DNA of 64,000 bases from an uncultured delta proteobacterium (GTDB taxonomy: Bacteria > Desulfobacterota > Desulfobacteria > Desulfobacterales > SG8-13): positions 558,001 through 622,000 of the forward strand of contig CAWKCK010000003.1 of NCBI GenBank assembly GCA_963848135.1, written 5' to 3'. Below the pieces are notes generated by a model. It was not told where the DNA came from, ran no database searches, and saw nothing but the letters and a program-made list of their open reading frames with translations. Shown piece after piece: positions 10,592-22,049 of the stretch. Positions within the stretch are counted from its first letter, which is position 1. The number at the start of each line of letters is the position of its first letter. A program made the translations under genes and the position numbers.

Positions 10592-11113
10592 ATGAGCAAC
10601 CCATCCAATCAAATAATGATACTCGGTGTCGGGTGCATCCTTTACTCCGACGAGGGGTTCGGCGTCCGTGTCGTACAGGAAATGCAAAGGAGATATGCGT
10701 TTCCCGAAAATGTCTCCTTGGTTGACGGCGGCGTTTTGGGTGTCAACCTCTTGGGCGTGATATCTCAACCGGATAACCTGATCGTTGTGGATGTTATTCG
10801 CAACAAAGGCAACCCTGGGGATATCTATCGACTTGAAGGTGAACAGATACCCGAACGGATACGAGCCAAAAACTCCCTCCATCAGGTTGACTTTCTTGAA
10901 GCGCTGACCTTGTGCCAGGCTCTGGACAAGGTTCCCGAAACCGTAATAATCGGCGTAGAACCGAAAGATATCGAAACCCTCAGTATCGCGCTGACACCGA
11001 CAACTCAGTCACGAATGGAGGATGTCGTCACAATGGTTCTATCCGAACTGGATCGCCTGGGGATTCCCTATACGGAAGGAAATTCGGAAGATGTGCCTCG
11101 CTATCCCATCTAA
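10592..11113 (+). CDS. Hydrogenase maturation endopeptidase (HyaD/HybD family)
   Basis: LGVGCILYSDEGFGV, VDGG, VVD, SLHQ motifs; adjacent to the large subunit. Confidence 0.92.
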   Translation: MSNPSNQIMILGVGCILYSDEGFGVRVVQEMQRRYAFPENVSLVDGGVLGVNLLGVISQPDNLIVVDVIRNKGNPGDIYRLEGEQIPERIRAKNSLHQVDFLEALTLCQALDKVPETVIIGVEPKDIETLSIALTPTTQSRMEDVVTMVLSELDRLGIPYTEGNSEDVPRYPI

Positions 11114-11336
11114 AATCATCAACATCAAGGACGGTATGGGTACCATTGATGTTGACGGAGTCAGAAGGTCTTGCAGTCTATTGCTACTCGAAGATCCCAA
11201 AGTGGGCGACTGGGTCATTGTTCATGCCGGTTTCGCGCTACATAAAATCGACGAGATTGCGGCAATGGAATCTCTATCGATTCTGAAAGAAGCAGCGGCC
11301 CTTGCCGAAGGGAAAAAACACCCCGATTCGAAATGA
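11091..11336 (+). CDS. hypC: Hydrogenase maturation chaperone HypC
   Basis: MCLAIPSK...VGDWVIVHAGFA. Confidence 0.96.
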   Translation: MCLAIPSKIINIKDGMGTIDVDGVRRSCSLLLLEDPKVGDWVIVHAGFALHKIDEIAAMESLSILKEAAALAEGKKHPDSK

Positions 11337-11440
11337 AATCAGGCGAAGGCGTTGGTGTTTTTGAATAGTATTAAACCAACGCCCATGAGCACGGGCATCT
11401 CGCAATAAATTAAAGGGTAATTGCATGAAAGCTCTGCCTG

Positions 11441-11560
11441 GGGCGGAAGGGGCGACCAGCGGTGAAAGCGGGCACCTGTTTGAATGCATTCGGCAGCGCT
11501 TAAGAAAAGCGCCAACTGAAGCACTTACATATAACAACCGACCAAGCCAGCCCCTAACCT
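11441..11560. repeat. Degenerate/partial copy of the ~200-bp palindromic element family A
   Basis: AAGCGGGCACCTGTTTGAATGCATTCGGCAGC matches the arm of the 62902-63112 copy. Confidence 0.6.
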
Positions 11561-11687
11561 TCTGATTAAATTTTGGTACCCTGTTCTCTGACACATCCTT
11601 ATATGAGATTACGCGCCGCAGTCACTGATGATCATCCCTTCCACGCCAAATGCCACAAAACTGCCCCGAGGATTCAAATAATCCGCC

Positions 11688-13990
11688 ATGGAACATGTTG
11701 CCGCCAGGATTGTGGTTAACGGTATAGTGCAAGGTGTCGGATTCCGTCCGTTCGTTTTCAACCTGGCCAATCGTCACGGCCTCACCGGAGAGGTTGCCAA
11801 CACCTCCTCGGGAGTGGTGATCCTGATCGAAGGTGCTGCCGATCACATCAATGCATTTGCGACAGATCTTACTGCCAAGCCACCTCCTTTGGCGCATATT
11901 GTCGACGTTTCCCGGCGGGCGGTTGCCGTGACCGGTTATTCGGCATTCACAATCATCGAGAGCAGGGGTGATGAGGTGATGTCCACCCTCATATCTCCGG
12001 ATGTTTCCATCTGCGAAGACTGCCGGCGAGAACTTTTCGACCCGAACAATCGTCGCTTTCATTATCCTTTCATCAACTGCACCAACTGCGGTCCCCGCTA
12101 TACCATCATCGAGGATATTCCCTACGACCGAATCAAGACGTCGATGAGGCATTTCGAACTGTGCGCCGAATGCCGCGCGGAATACGAAGACCCTACAAAC
12201 CGTCGTTTTCATGCGCAACCCAATGCCTGCGCCGAATGTGGTCCCCGGGTAACGATTTACGACAACCAGCGCCAACGAATCGACCACCATAATCCCATAA
12301 AAAAAATCGTAACCCTACTAAAGAAGGGCGGTATCATTGCTGTTAAAGGACTGGGTGGTTTCCATCTTGCGGTTGATGCCGAGAACAATGAGGCCGTCAC
12401 CACTCTACGCTCCCGAAAACACCGTGAGGAAAAACCCCTCGCCCTCATGTCACCTAACCTTTCCGCCATCCGGGAATATGCCCATATCACCGATGATGAA
12501 AAGCGGTTGCTGACCGCCATTCATCGCCCCATCGTGCTGTTGAAAAAAAAGGAACCGAATACCATTGCCGCCAATGTGGCGCCCGGCAATCGCTCCTTCG
12601 GGGTTATGTTGCCATACACACCGTTGCACTATCTGTTGATGGAACAGGGGTTTAACGCCTTGGTAATGACCAGCGGGAACCTGAGCGAAGAACCGATTGC
12701 CATCGACAATGAGGACGCTTTTCACAGACTGGCCGGTATTGCGGATGTCTTTCTGATGCACAATCGTGGTATCTACCTGCGCAGTGACGACTCCATCGTT
12801 CGCCATGCCGCCGGGGCAACCCGATATTTGCGCCGTTCGAGGGGCTATGTCCCGGTACCGATTTTTTTGAGGCGTACATCCCCTGTTGTTCTCGGGGTCG
12901 GTGCTGAACTGAAAAGCACCGTGTGCTTGACCAAAGGGAAGATGGCCTTCCTGAGCCAGCATATCGGCGACCTGGAAAATTTGGCCACCAGTGAATACTT
13001 CGAAAAAACAATCGGGCACATGCGACGGATTCTGGAAATAGAGCCTGAGATCATCGCTTACGATATGCATCCCGACTACCTAAGCAGCCGCTGGGCAATG
13101 GAACAGCGGGGTATCAAGAAGGTCGCCGTCCAGCACCACCACGCACATATTGTCAGTGCCATGGCCGAAAATCATGTATCCGGTACGGTGATCGGGTTGT
13201 CCTTTGACGGTACAGGGTACGGCACCGATGGCCACATCTGGGGGGAGAGGTGCTCCTGGTTGATGAGCGGACGTTTGAGCGTGCAGCGCATGTTTCTTTG
13301 CTGCCGATGCCGGGGAGCGCATTTGCCATCAAGCAGCCCTGGCGCATGGGCTTGAGCTACCTCTATTCTGCCTTTGGTGATGATATTGGGAAATTATCAT
13401 TGCCCTTTTTGGACAGCATCGGGACCATCCGAATGTCGACTATTCTGGAGATGATCAGAAAGCGCATCAATTCGCCGCTTACTTCTAGTTTGGGCCGGTT
13501 GTTCGATGGTATCGCGGCTATTGCCGGACTCAGGCAAGAGGTGGCTTTTGAAGGCCAGGCGGCCATGGCGCTCGAAATGATCGCGGATACATCCGCCGGT
13601 GATGCCTATGACGTCCACTGGGAAACCGGACATCCGATCCAAATTCCTCCGGCACCGATCATCCGCAGCGTAGTGAATGATTTGATGCGGGGGACCCCCT
13701 TGCCGATCATCAGTGGGCGTTTCCACCTGACCCTTGTAAAAATTTTCGGCGAAATTTGTGATCATGTCCGCCGGGAGAGGGGGTTGACCCGGGTTGTCCT
13801 CAGTGGCGGGGTGTTTCAAAACGTTATAATGTTGCGCGAATTGATGCGCTATCTTGAAAACCGGAGATTTGAGGTCTACACTCACACACAGGTTCCGACC
13901 AATGATGGGGGAATTTGTCTGGGTCAGGCGGTAGTCGCGGCGGCGCAAACACACTCGCCGACACCAATCCAAGCAACCATCGATCTATAG
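11688..13990 (+). CDS. hypF: Carbamoyltransferase HypF (frameshifted at a G-run near 13240, probable sequencing error)
   Basis: Acylphosphatase VQGVGFR, two CxxC zinc fingers, HHHAH, DGTGYG, DGGICLGQ; G6 where WGGE requires G7. Confidence 0.93.
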
Positions 13991-14048
13991 CCCGCAAACC
14001 ATATGAAATGAATATAGAAATCATCATCAGCTGTTAGGAATACCTAAA

Positions 14049-15140
14049 ATGGCGCTCAAACACATTGACGAATACAGAGATGCCGGGCTGACCGGACCGC
14101 TGGCTGATAAGATTCACCGGATCAACACCAAATCTATCCGACTGATGGAGGTCTGCGGAACCCATACGGTATCGATTTTTCGCAGTGGCGTTCGTTCGAT
14201 CTTGCCGAAGACCATATCACTACTATCGGGTCCCGGTTGCCCTGTCTGTGTAACCGACCAAACCGAGGTAGACGCTTTCATAGCTCTGGCAAAATCCAAG
14301 GATGTCATTCTCACAACCTTCGGAGACCTCATGCGGGTGCCCGGCACGGTATCTTCACTCCAAAAGGAGCGTGCCGAAGGGCGGGACATTCGGGTCGTCT
14401 ACTCAACGACGGATGCCATAGAAATTGCACAAAAGAACCGGGGCAAGAAGGTTGTTTTCTTGGGGGTCGGCTTTGAAACCACGGCACCGACCATCGCCGC
14501 AGCGATTCTTTCTGCCAAGCAGTCAGGTCTCGACAATTTTTTCGTCTACTCTGCTCACAAGCTCGTGCCACCAGCCTTGACCGCTCTGATGTCACTGGAG
14601 GGGGTTATGATCGACGGGTTTATATTGCCGGGACACGTGTCGGTGATCATCGGTTTGAATGGATACCGGGATTTTTTCGACACCTATCGGATTCCCTGTG
14701 TGGTGGCCGGGTTTGAGCCGGTAGATTTGCTGCGGGCGGTTGCCATGCTTGTCGAGCAGGTGGAAAATGGTACACCGGCTCTGGAAAATGCTTACGGGCG
14801 AGCGGTAGCGGAATCAGGCAACGCCATGGCCCAGAGCATACTCGGGCAGGTATTTGAAATAACCGATACGGCCTGGCGGGGAATCGGTGTCATCCCAGGC
14901 AGCGGTCTGAAAATCCATCCGACCTATGCCGCCTATGACGCTGAAAGGGTTTTTTCTTTGGACCTTCCCGAAATCAGCAAGGAACCGGCAGGCTGTGCCT
15001 GCGGCGCGGTTCTCACCGGCTCAAAGATTCCACCTGAGTGCGCACTGTTTAAAACCGTGTGTACACCCATCGATCCGGTAGGTCCGTGCATGGTGTCGAG
15101 TGAGGGGACATGTGCAGCATATTACCGCTACCACAGTTGA
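14049..15140 (+). CDS. hypD: Hydrogenase maturation protein HypD
   Basis: MEVCGTHT, GPGCPVC, GFETT, PGHVS, GPCMVSSEGTCAAYY. Confidence 0.97.
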   Translation: MALKHIDEYRDAGLTGPLADKIHRINTKSIRLMEVCGTHTVSIFRSGVRSILPKTISLLSGPGCPVCVTDQTEVDAFIALAKSKDVILTTFGDLMRVPGTVSSLQKERAEGRDIRVVYSTTDAIEIAQKNRGKKVVFLGVGFETTAPTIAAAILSAKQSGLDNFFVYSAHKLVPPALTALMSLEGVMIDGFILPGHVSVIIGLNGYRDFFDTYRIPCVVAGFEPVDLLRAVAMLVEQVENGTPALENAYGRAVAESGNAMAQSILGQVFEITDTAWRGIGVIPGSGLKIHPTYAAYDAERVFSLDLPEISKEPAGCACGAVLTGSKIPPECALFKTVCTPIDPVGPCMVSSEGTCAAYYRYHS

Positions 15141-15147
15141 AATCGTT

Positions 15148-15278
15148 ATGAGACCTCACATTAAGCTCAATGACTGCGTTGCGAGGGGGCCTTCAAAATG
15201 CTCACGTACTTTCGTATTGTACGCTCTGCTTTTGAAACCCCCTCACGCCGTGTCCTTGAACTTAATCTAAGGTCTCAT
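15148..15278. repeat. Palindromic intergenic element (family B, GTAC-core hairpin)
   Basis: Terminal IR ATGAGACCT/AGGTCTCAT; nested arms around CGTAC...GTACG. Confidence 0.7.
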
Positions 15279-15403
15279 TGCGATTTTGGAGATTGCAATT
15301 GCATCTCAATATTAATAGAAATAATCGCCACCGACGGCATGGTGCAAGAATTCTAAACAAGAGGTTAGCGCTGAAGCCCAATTTAAATATACGGAATTAT
15401 GAA

Positions 15404-16414
15404 ATGAAATTTGACAAGGTGTTGCTCGATCACGGCAGCGGGGGGAAAATTTCCCACAGTTTGGTGACGGACGTTCTGTTACCGGTTTTTGACAACCCAA
15501 TTCTGGCCGATCTTCACGATGGGGCCATATTTGAACTAAATGGCAGACGGCTGGCTTTTACGACCGATAGTTATACCGTCGACCCCATATTTTTCCCTGG
15601 TGGTCATATCGGCGATTTGGCCATTAACGGGACAGTTAACGATATCGCCATGTGCGGGGGGTCTCCACTCTATTTAAGTGTCGGAATGATTATCGAAGAG
15701 GCTTTCCCCATGGCGGATCTGGAGAGGATTGTGGCGGGAATGGGTGCGGCTGCCCGTAAAGCCGGTGTAACCGTTGTCACCGGTGATACCAAGGTCGTTC
15801 CCAAGGGTGCAGCCGACAAGATTTTCATCAACACCTCCGGCATCGGGCTGATCCCGGAGGATGTGGACGTCGGCAGTACCAAGGCCCGTATCGGTGACCG
15901 TATTATTGTGAGTGGTACGGTTGCCGATCATGGCGTTACGATTCTCACGCAACGGGAAGGTCTTACCTTCGAGTCGACACTGACGAGTGACAGTGCTCCG
16001 CTAAATTATATGGTTGCTGACATGCTGGCACTGAAAGGGTCAGTGCATGTGCTGCGGGATCCCACCCGTGGCGGTGTCGGAACGGCTTTGAATGAGATCG
16101 CGCAAAAATCTGAAGTCGCTATCAAGATCGTTGAGGAGCGAATCCCGCTTAAACAGGAGGTGAACGGAATCTGTGAGCTGTTGGGTTTTGACCCCCTCTA
16201 TTTGGCCAACGAGGGCAAACTCCTGGTATTTGTTGCGTCGCACGATGCCGACCGGATGCTTGATATCATCCGTCAGAATGAGTACGGTCATGATGCAGCC
16301 ATCATCGGTGAGGTGGTGGCGGGAAATCCGGGCCGCGTTTATATGCAAACCCGTATTGGCGGCACCCGGATGGTCGATATGCTCGTCGGCGAGCAGTTAC
16401 CGAGAATTTGCTAG
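15404..16414 (+). CDS. hypE: Hydrogenase maturation protein HypE
   Basis: HGSGG, GDTKVV, RDPTRGG, C-terminal LPRIC. Confidence 0.97.
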   Translation: MKFDKVLLDHGSGGKISHSLVTDVLLPVFDNPILADLHDGAIFELNGRRLAFTTDSYTVDPIFFPGGHIGDLAINGTVNDIAMCGGSPLYLSVGMIIEEAFPMADLERIVAGMGAAARKAGVTVVTGDTKVVPKGAADKIFINTSGIGLIPEDVDVGSTKARIGDRIIVSGTVADHGVTILTQREGLTFESTLTSDSAPLNYMVADMLALKGSVHVLRDPTRGGVGTALNEIAQKSEVAIKIVEERIPLKQEVNGICELLGFDPLYLANEGKLLVFVASHDADRMLDIIRQNEYGHDAAIIGEVVAGNPGRVYMQTRIGGTRMVDMLVGEQLPRIC

Positions 16415-16432
16415 AATCCACCTTAAAAAATA

Positions 16433-16540
16433 GTAAGCATTCACAGGGCACCGCATCTGCTTTGTTGTCGGACACTTGAAGTACAAAAGTACGTCTGCGC
16501 GCCCGACGCCTTGCATTTGCGTCAGCCTGTAAATGCTTAC
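16433..16540. repeat. Palindromic intergenic element (family B)
   Basis: Terminal IR GTAAGCATT/AATGCTTAC; CATCTGCTTTGTTG...GTACAAAAGTACG...CGCCTTGCAT shared with the 57051 copy. Confidence 0.7.
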
Positions 16541-16793
16541 AAATAGGTGGCTTGATGCGCCTTGGACGTTGCAACCCCGTGAACGGCTACAATAAATATT
16601 ATAGGCGTCCATGGCGCTGTTACGAACCGTCGCAAAATGCTCACATACTGCATTGAGGTTTTTAATTGACAGGCCGACGTTTTCTGAATAGTCATTTCAA
16701 TTGGGACCGGGAATCCGCGACGAACAGAATTCTTTGAAATGAAAGACCACTTATGGATGGAGCCGCTTAAAGTCGGATATCTATGAGAAGGCA

Positions 16794-19700
16794 ATGCTGC
16801 AGAGATTATTCAGGCATTTTTCCTATATAGACTATTTGCAAAAGATCGTTCGCCGACCGGCGGTCGTCGTATTATTAACCCTGGCGATCACCATCATTTT
16901 TGCCACCCAAGTTCCCCGCCTTTCCTTCAAAACTTCCATATATGACCTTGAAATAGAAAATCTTCCAGAAACCGTTCGCTATGACGCTTTCAAGAAGTTG
17001 TTCGGTTCAGACGAGATTATCAGAATTGTCGTCACCGCCGACGATGTTTTTGATCCGCTCACCTTTGGCAAGATCAGTGAAATTGCCAATACACTTTCAA
17101 AGATCGATGGGGTCCGGCGGGTGATCAGCTTGCCGGGAATAAAACAGACGGTCGATCTCTCCGGGAATTGGAGCCTGGAAAAGTTTTTCACGGTCATCTC
17201 TCCGGTTCAATTGTTCAAGAAGTATCTTTTGGCCAGCGAACGCAAAACAACGGCATTGACCCTGGTTCTCGATGGCAAGGTCGATCAGGAACTGGTTATC
17301 CGAAGTGTAGAACAAGTCCTCGCTGCGGCACCGGAGGATATAGCACTCTACCAGGTGGGTATGCCCCTGGTGTCCCAGGCGCTCATGCAATATACCGCTA
17401 ACGATTTTTTCAGGTTGCCCCCGATAACTTTTATACTGATAGCGGCTGTTCTTCTTTTTCTCTTCCGCAAGATTCGTTTTGTATTGATTCCTCTCGGTTG
17501 CGTGACCCTGGCGCTGATCTGGACTTTCGGACTCATGGCCCTTATCAGGGTACCCCTGTCCATGCTCACCATGATCGTGCCCGTGTTTCTCATTGCCGTG
17601 GGTACGGCCTACTGCCTTCACATCATCACGGAATACATTGCATGCCTTCAGCATTCCGACTCACCGAAACAAGCGTGTGTAAAAACTTTTTCGAATATAT
17701 ACTTTCCGACATTCCTCGCCGTCTTAACCACTATTTTCGGGTTAGGATCTCTTCTGATCAACCGTATCCCCGCCATTCGTGAGTTCGCGCTGTTTTCATG
17801 TTTCGGTATGCTCAGCCTGCTGGCCATTACCCTTGTGTTTCTGCCGGCAGCGCTGACGTTATTACCAATGCCCGCTCAAAGACCGCGAGAGGGAGAAAAA
17901 AGATCCAAGACTTACAATCAATTCATCGAAAAAATCATCGATATCAACCTGAAGAAACAGAAGATCGTTCTCCCTATTCTCGCCGCGTTTGCCGTTTTTT
18001 GCGCCGTCGGGGTGTTACGCATCCGAGTAGAGACCAATCCGATCGACTATTTCAAAGAAGACACTTCTGTCAAACGCCATTTCCATGACATACACCGGGA
18101 TTTGTCCGGGAGTTTTCCCATAAATGTCACCGTGGAAAGTAAGGATGACGACTACTTCGAAAACCCCCAAAATGTCGCCGAGATCGAACATCTCCAACAA
18201 TTTCTGGAGACATTGCCCGGCGTTGATAAAAGCCTGTCATTCGCTGATTACATGAAGCTTGTCAATTATGCACTCAATGAATTCAATCCGGAATTCTACG
18301 CGCTTCCGGCTGAAGGCTTTGAAGCGCGAATGGTGATAAACAATTACGCCACCATGCTCGGCGAGGACGTGTTCACCAGTTTCATGAGTCAAAATTTATC
18401 ACAGGCGAACATCGTGCTGCTGACCCATCTTTCGAGCTCCCGAGAATTTCTGCAAACCCGAGACCAAATCATTAAATTCGCAAGACAAAATATGCCCAAA
18501 GATCTTACCGTGGATGTCACCGGTTTCGGAATCGTCATTTCAGCAAGCAGTCATCAATTGACTACCGGTCAAATCAAAAGTCTTTCACTGACGATGGTTC
18601 TGGTTTTTGCCATCATGTTCGCCTTATTTCTCTCTTTCAAAGTGGGATTGATCGCTATTATACCAAACATGTTCCCGATTGTCGTCAACTTCGGGATTAT
18701 GGGATGGCTCGGCTTAGAACTGTCGATGGTGACCAGTCTTATCGCCAGCATCGCCATTGGACTGGCAGTAGATGATACCATTCACTATCTGTTCCGATAC
18801 AACCGCGAATTCAGAAAGGATCTCGATAGCAACCGGGCGTTGAGTGAAACATTGAAACATGTGGGCCGGCCGATCGTATTTACGACGTTGACCATCTGTC
18901 TTGGTTTCTCAATTCTTATATTCTCCAGTTTCAAGCCGACGGCTGTATTCGGCATTATGATGGCCATCACAATGCTCTCGGCCCTTGTCGGAGATTTGAT
19001 TCTGCTACCCTCACTTATGCAGCACGTGCAACTGGTGACCTTGTGGGATTTGGTTCGATTAAAACTCGGCCAGGAACCTGCAAAAGGAATTCCTCTTTTT
19101 AAGGGCCTTTCACGAACCGAAGTGCACTACCTCATTTTGGCCGGATCGTTAAAAAATATCGAAGCCGGTGAAGTTCTTTTTCGAAAAGGCGATCCCAGCA
19201 ATTCGATGTATACGATCATTTCGGGTCAGATGGACGTGCTTGACTCTGTCACTGACGACACGACGTGTTTGGGATCAGCCAGTGATCGGTTGATCAATCG
19301 GATGAAAGCCGGTGATGTACTGGGTGAAATGGGTCTTCTCCGATCGGCACCACGGTCCGCTACAGTTGTTGCCTGCGAGCCGGTAGAACTTTTGCCGATA
19401 AATTGGGCGATGATCAAGCGTTTGCAATGGTTGTACCCGCCGACGGCTCGGAAATTTATGTACAATCTTTTGACGATCCTTTGTAATCGGGTCGAAAGAT
19501 TGACGACGTGCCTTGCCGAAGTTAAGGTTCTCGACGATGCGACCGGTTTGTGCAACAGGGAAAACTTTATTAAACTCCTGAATGGCGAAATCCATCGTTC
19601 GCGATGCTATAAAAACAACCTCTCTCTCTGCTTGATGACGATTGAATTTGAGAGCACTGACGGTGAACTCGACTTATGGCAACAAGAGAGCATACTGCAG

Positions 19701-19967
19701 TCTGTCAGCGAGACACTGATCCACAATGTTCGCGCCTTTGATGTCCTCGGGCGTTGTCATCGTCAACTCTTCGGTTTGTATTTTCCTCAAACACCGCGAG
19801 AGGAAGCCCGCGAGATCTGCATTCGTTTACAAAGCTATTTACAGAACAAGCATTACGATATCGATGGGCTCCAACTGAAGATAACTCTGGGCTTTGCGGG
19901 TTTAGATGACGACCAGATAGCGTCCGCAGATGAATTTATGAAGAAAGCCGTCGAAATGGTTGAATGA
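16794..19967 (+). CDS. MMPL/RND-family transporter fused to a cNMP-binding domain and a degenerate GGDEF domain
   Basis: Two TM blocks with IAVGTAY and GLAVDDTIH; GEMGLLRSAPRSATV cNMP cassette; DATGLCNR...GRCHRQLF in place of RxGGDEF. Confidence 0.85.
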   Translation: MLQRLFRHFSYIDYLQKIVRRPAVVVLLTLAITIIFATQVPRLSFKTSIYDLEIENLPETVRYDAFKKLFGSDEIIRIVVTADDVFDPLTFGKISEIANTLSKIDGVRRVISLPGIKQTVDLSGNWSLEKFFTVISPVQLFKKYLLASERKTTALTLVLDGKVDQELVIRSVEQVLAAAPEDIALYQVGMPLVSQALMQYTANDFFRLPPITFILIAAVLLFLFRKIRFVLIPLGCVTLALIWTFGLMALIRVPLSMLTMIVPVFLIAVGTAYCLHIITEYIACLQHSDSPKQACVKTFSNIYFPTFLAVLTTIFGLGSLLINRIPAIREFALFSCFGMLSLLAITLVFLPAALTLLPMPAQRPREGEKRSKTYNQFIEKIIDINLKKQKIVLPILAAFAVFCAVGVLRIRVETNPIDYFKEDTSVKRHFHDIHRDLSGSFPINVTVESKDDDYFENPQNVAEIEHLQQFLETLPGVDKSLSFADYMKLVNYALNEFNPEFYALPAEGFEARMVINNYATMLGEDVFTSFMSQNLSQANIVLLTHLSSSREFLQTRDQIIKFARQNMPKDLTVDVTGFGIVISASSHQLTTGQIKSLSLTMVLVFAIMFALFLSFKVGLIAIIPNMFPIVVNFGIMGWLGLELSMVTSLIASIAIGLAVDDTIHYLFRYNREFRKDLDSNRALSETLKHVGRPIVFTTLTICLGFSILIFSSFKPTAVFGIMMAITMLSALVGDLILLPSLMQHVQLVTLWDLVRLKLGQEPAKGIPLFKGLSRTEVHYLILAGSLKNIEAGEVLFRKGDPSNSMYTIISGQMDVLDSVTDDTTCLGSASDRLINRMKAGDVLGEMGLLRSAPRSATVVACEPVELLPINWAMIKRLQWLYPPTARKFMYNLLTILCNRVERLTTCLAEVKVLDDATGLCNRENFIKLLNGEIHRSRCYKNNLSLCLMTIEFESTDGELDLWQQESILQSVSETLIHNVRAFDVLGRCHRQLFGLYFPQTPREEAREICIRLQSYLQNKHYDIDGLQLKITLGFAGLDDDQIASADEFMKKAVEMVE

Positions 19968-20164
19968 TCCGTGAGAGTTGGAACCCGCCGGGCTACATAT
20001 TCGGTCGTCACGACGACCCGAATTCCTCATCCTGCAGGCCCAACGGATGACTCCTTGAACCGATTTATTCGCAGCTCGTGGGAGACGGGCGAAAGATTCG
20101 ACGCAAAGTGCGTTGACCATGCGAGCCTCCATTTGGTGAGCCCTTCAGGCTAAGGTCCCTTGAG

Positions 20165-22049
20165 ATGGCTATTGCAACCCAGCTTTTTGGAAGAACCATA
20201 GAAAAGGGTGAAACAATCTTTCATCAGGGTGATCCCGGTGATGAGATGTATATCATTCAATCCGGTGCGGTTGAAGTCTCCAAGTTACGGCAAGGCCGCA
20301 AGGTTGTTTTAACCCTGCTGGAGAAAGGTGATTTTTTCGGCGAGGTCGCCCTGCTCGACAGCAAACCCCGTTCAGCCACGGTTACCGCGATAACCCGCAC
20401 GCGATTGTTGCCGCTAGCGCGCACTACTTTTCTGAAAAGAATCGCATACAATCCAGATGTTGTCTTACGCGTTCTTCGCGCCCTCAGCCGGCGAGTCGAT
20501 CGGATGACCGAAACGATCCGATCGTTGATTGATAGCGATGAAAAGTTACGCCAAAAAGTGTTCTCCAGGAGTTATGACCTCCAAGACGATCAATTACTGC
20601 CTGGCGATAGCATTGTTCAAACCAACAGGAGGCGCCCGGAGTTACCTCAATCAAAGGCTGAAGAGACCCGGCGGGTGTCCCCGCCAATTTTCGGAACAGC
20701 GCGCCATTTTAATTCTCAAAATCCCATTTTCTTCCAACCCAATCAAATTATTTTTGAACTCGGTGATGCCGGCCACAATATGTACCTCATCATCCAGGGA
20801 GTGGTTGAAATTTTTCAAGCCGGGCAAAACGGAGATGACGTCCGCATGGCTCTGCTCGGTCCGGGTGATTGTTTCGGAGAAATGGCATTGATTACCGGCG
20901 ACCCGCGTACGGCATCGGCAAGGGCAATTTCAGCGGTGGCGCTTTTACCGGCGAATCAAGAAGACATGTTCAACGGTATCCGATCCGATCCGGAAGCGGG
21001 TCTTTTTTTCCTCCAGGTCTTAATTAACCGCCTGCGAACCATAACAGAGGCATTGGAACAGCCCGAGAAATCTTTGCAGACGCTTCGGCAGGCGATTATA
21101 CCGGTTATCAAAAGAACCGAGTAGTGTCTCCATCGGCATCAGTTCGCTTTCTTCCTGTGGCGGTTGTACCGCCGTTTTCGTCCGTAATCCACAAGAACTG
21201 AGTTGGATCACCGGCAATATTGATGTCCGCTATTGTCCAATGTTGATGGATCAGGAAAAGATTACGGAGGTAAATTTCGCTGTCGTCGATGGTGCGGTTC
21301 GAACTCGCAAAGACGAAGAAAAGCTCACCGAGGTGCGCCGTAAGAGCCGTTATTTGATTGCTATGGGGACATGTGCCGTTTTCGGCGGAATTCCTGCACT
21401 GGCCAATTCCTACGACCTCGAGGAATTGATTAGCGAGAGTTATGGGCGAACCACGGATCCGTTTTTATATTACCTGGCAGATAATGGGCTTGGAAATGAA
21501 TCTGATACCCCCGACATAGAGGCGCACCTCCAGCGAAAGGTCCGCAATTTATCCGACGTTGTTAAAGTAGACTACTTCTTACCCGGTTGCCCTCCTGCCC
21601 TTGATTTACTGATCGATCTACTAAAGGAACTGAAAAGCGAGCACCCTAGTGGCGCCAACCGGCAGATCGTATGCACGGAATGCGCACGAAACCAAAAAAA
21701 AGGTTCGATTGACACCATTCGGGTATCGCCGACAGCGGATATCGACAAAGAGTCATGTTTCTTGTCCAAGGGCATCCTTTGTTTGGGATTTTGGACGCGC
21801 GGGGGGTGCACGGCAGCATGCCCCGGGGGGGGACTTACGTGCTGGGGTTGCCGTGGACCGTCCAACAACGTCATCGCCAAACTCAACAAAGGAGAAACCC
21901 TTGAAGAAGTAATGCTGCATTCACTCGCTCGCCGTATGAAAAAAGATGAATCGAAGATCAAGCTCCCGATAAAGATCCTTCGACTCAAAGGTGGCAGTGC
22001 CCTGAGTTTTGATCAGAATTTTATCAAGGATGTGTCGAAAATAAGATGA
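20165..22049 (+). CDS. Tandem cNMP-binding domains apparently fused to an MvhG-like (group 3) [NiFe] hydrogenase small subunit; frameshift near 21110
   Basis: Two cNMP cassettes (FGEVALLDSKPRSAT, FGEMALITGDPRTAS). The frame of ORF 21240-22049 is open upstream and encodes SSCGGC, then GTCA..GG, PGCPP, VCTEC, CFL..G..CLG..TRGGC...CP...CWGCRGP. Confidence 0.8.

Noticed and set aside
11688..13990. hypF, gatA and mutL as true pseudogenes
   Set aside because: One or two single-base indels with otherwise intact motifs in needed genes are better explained by sequencing error.
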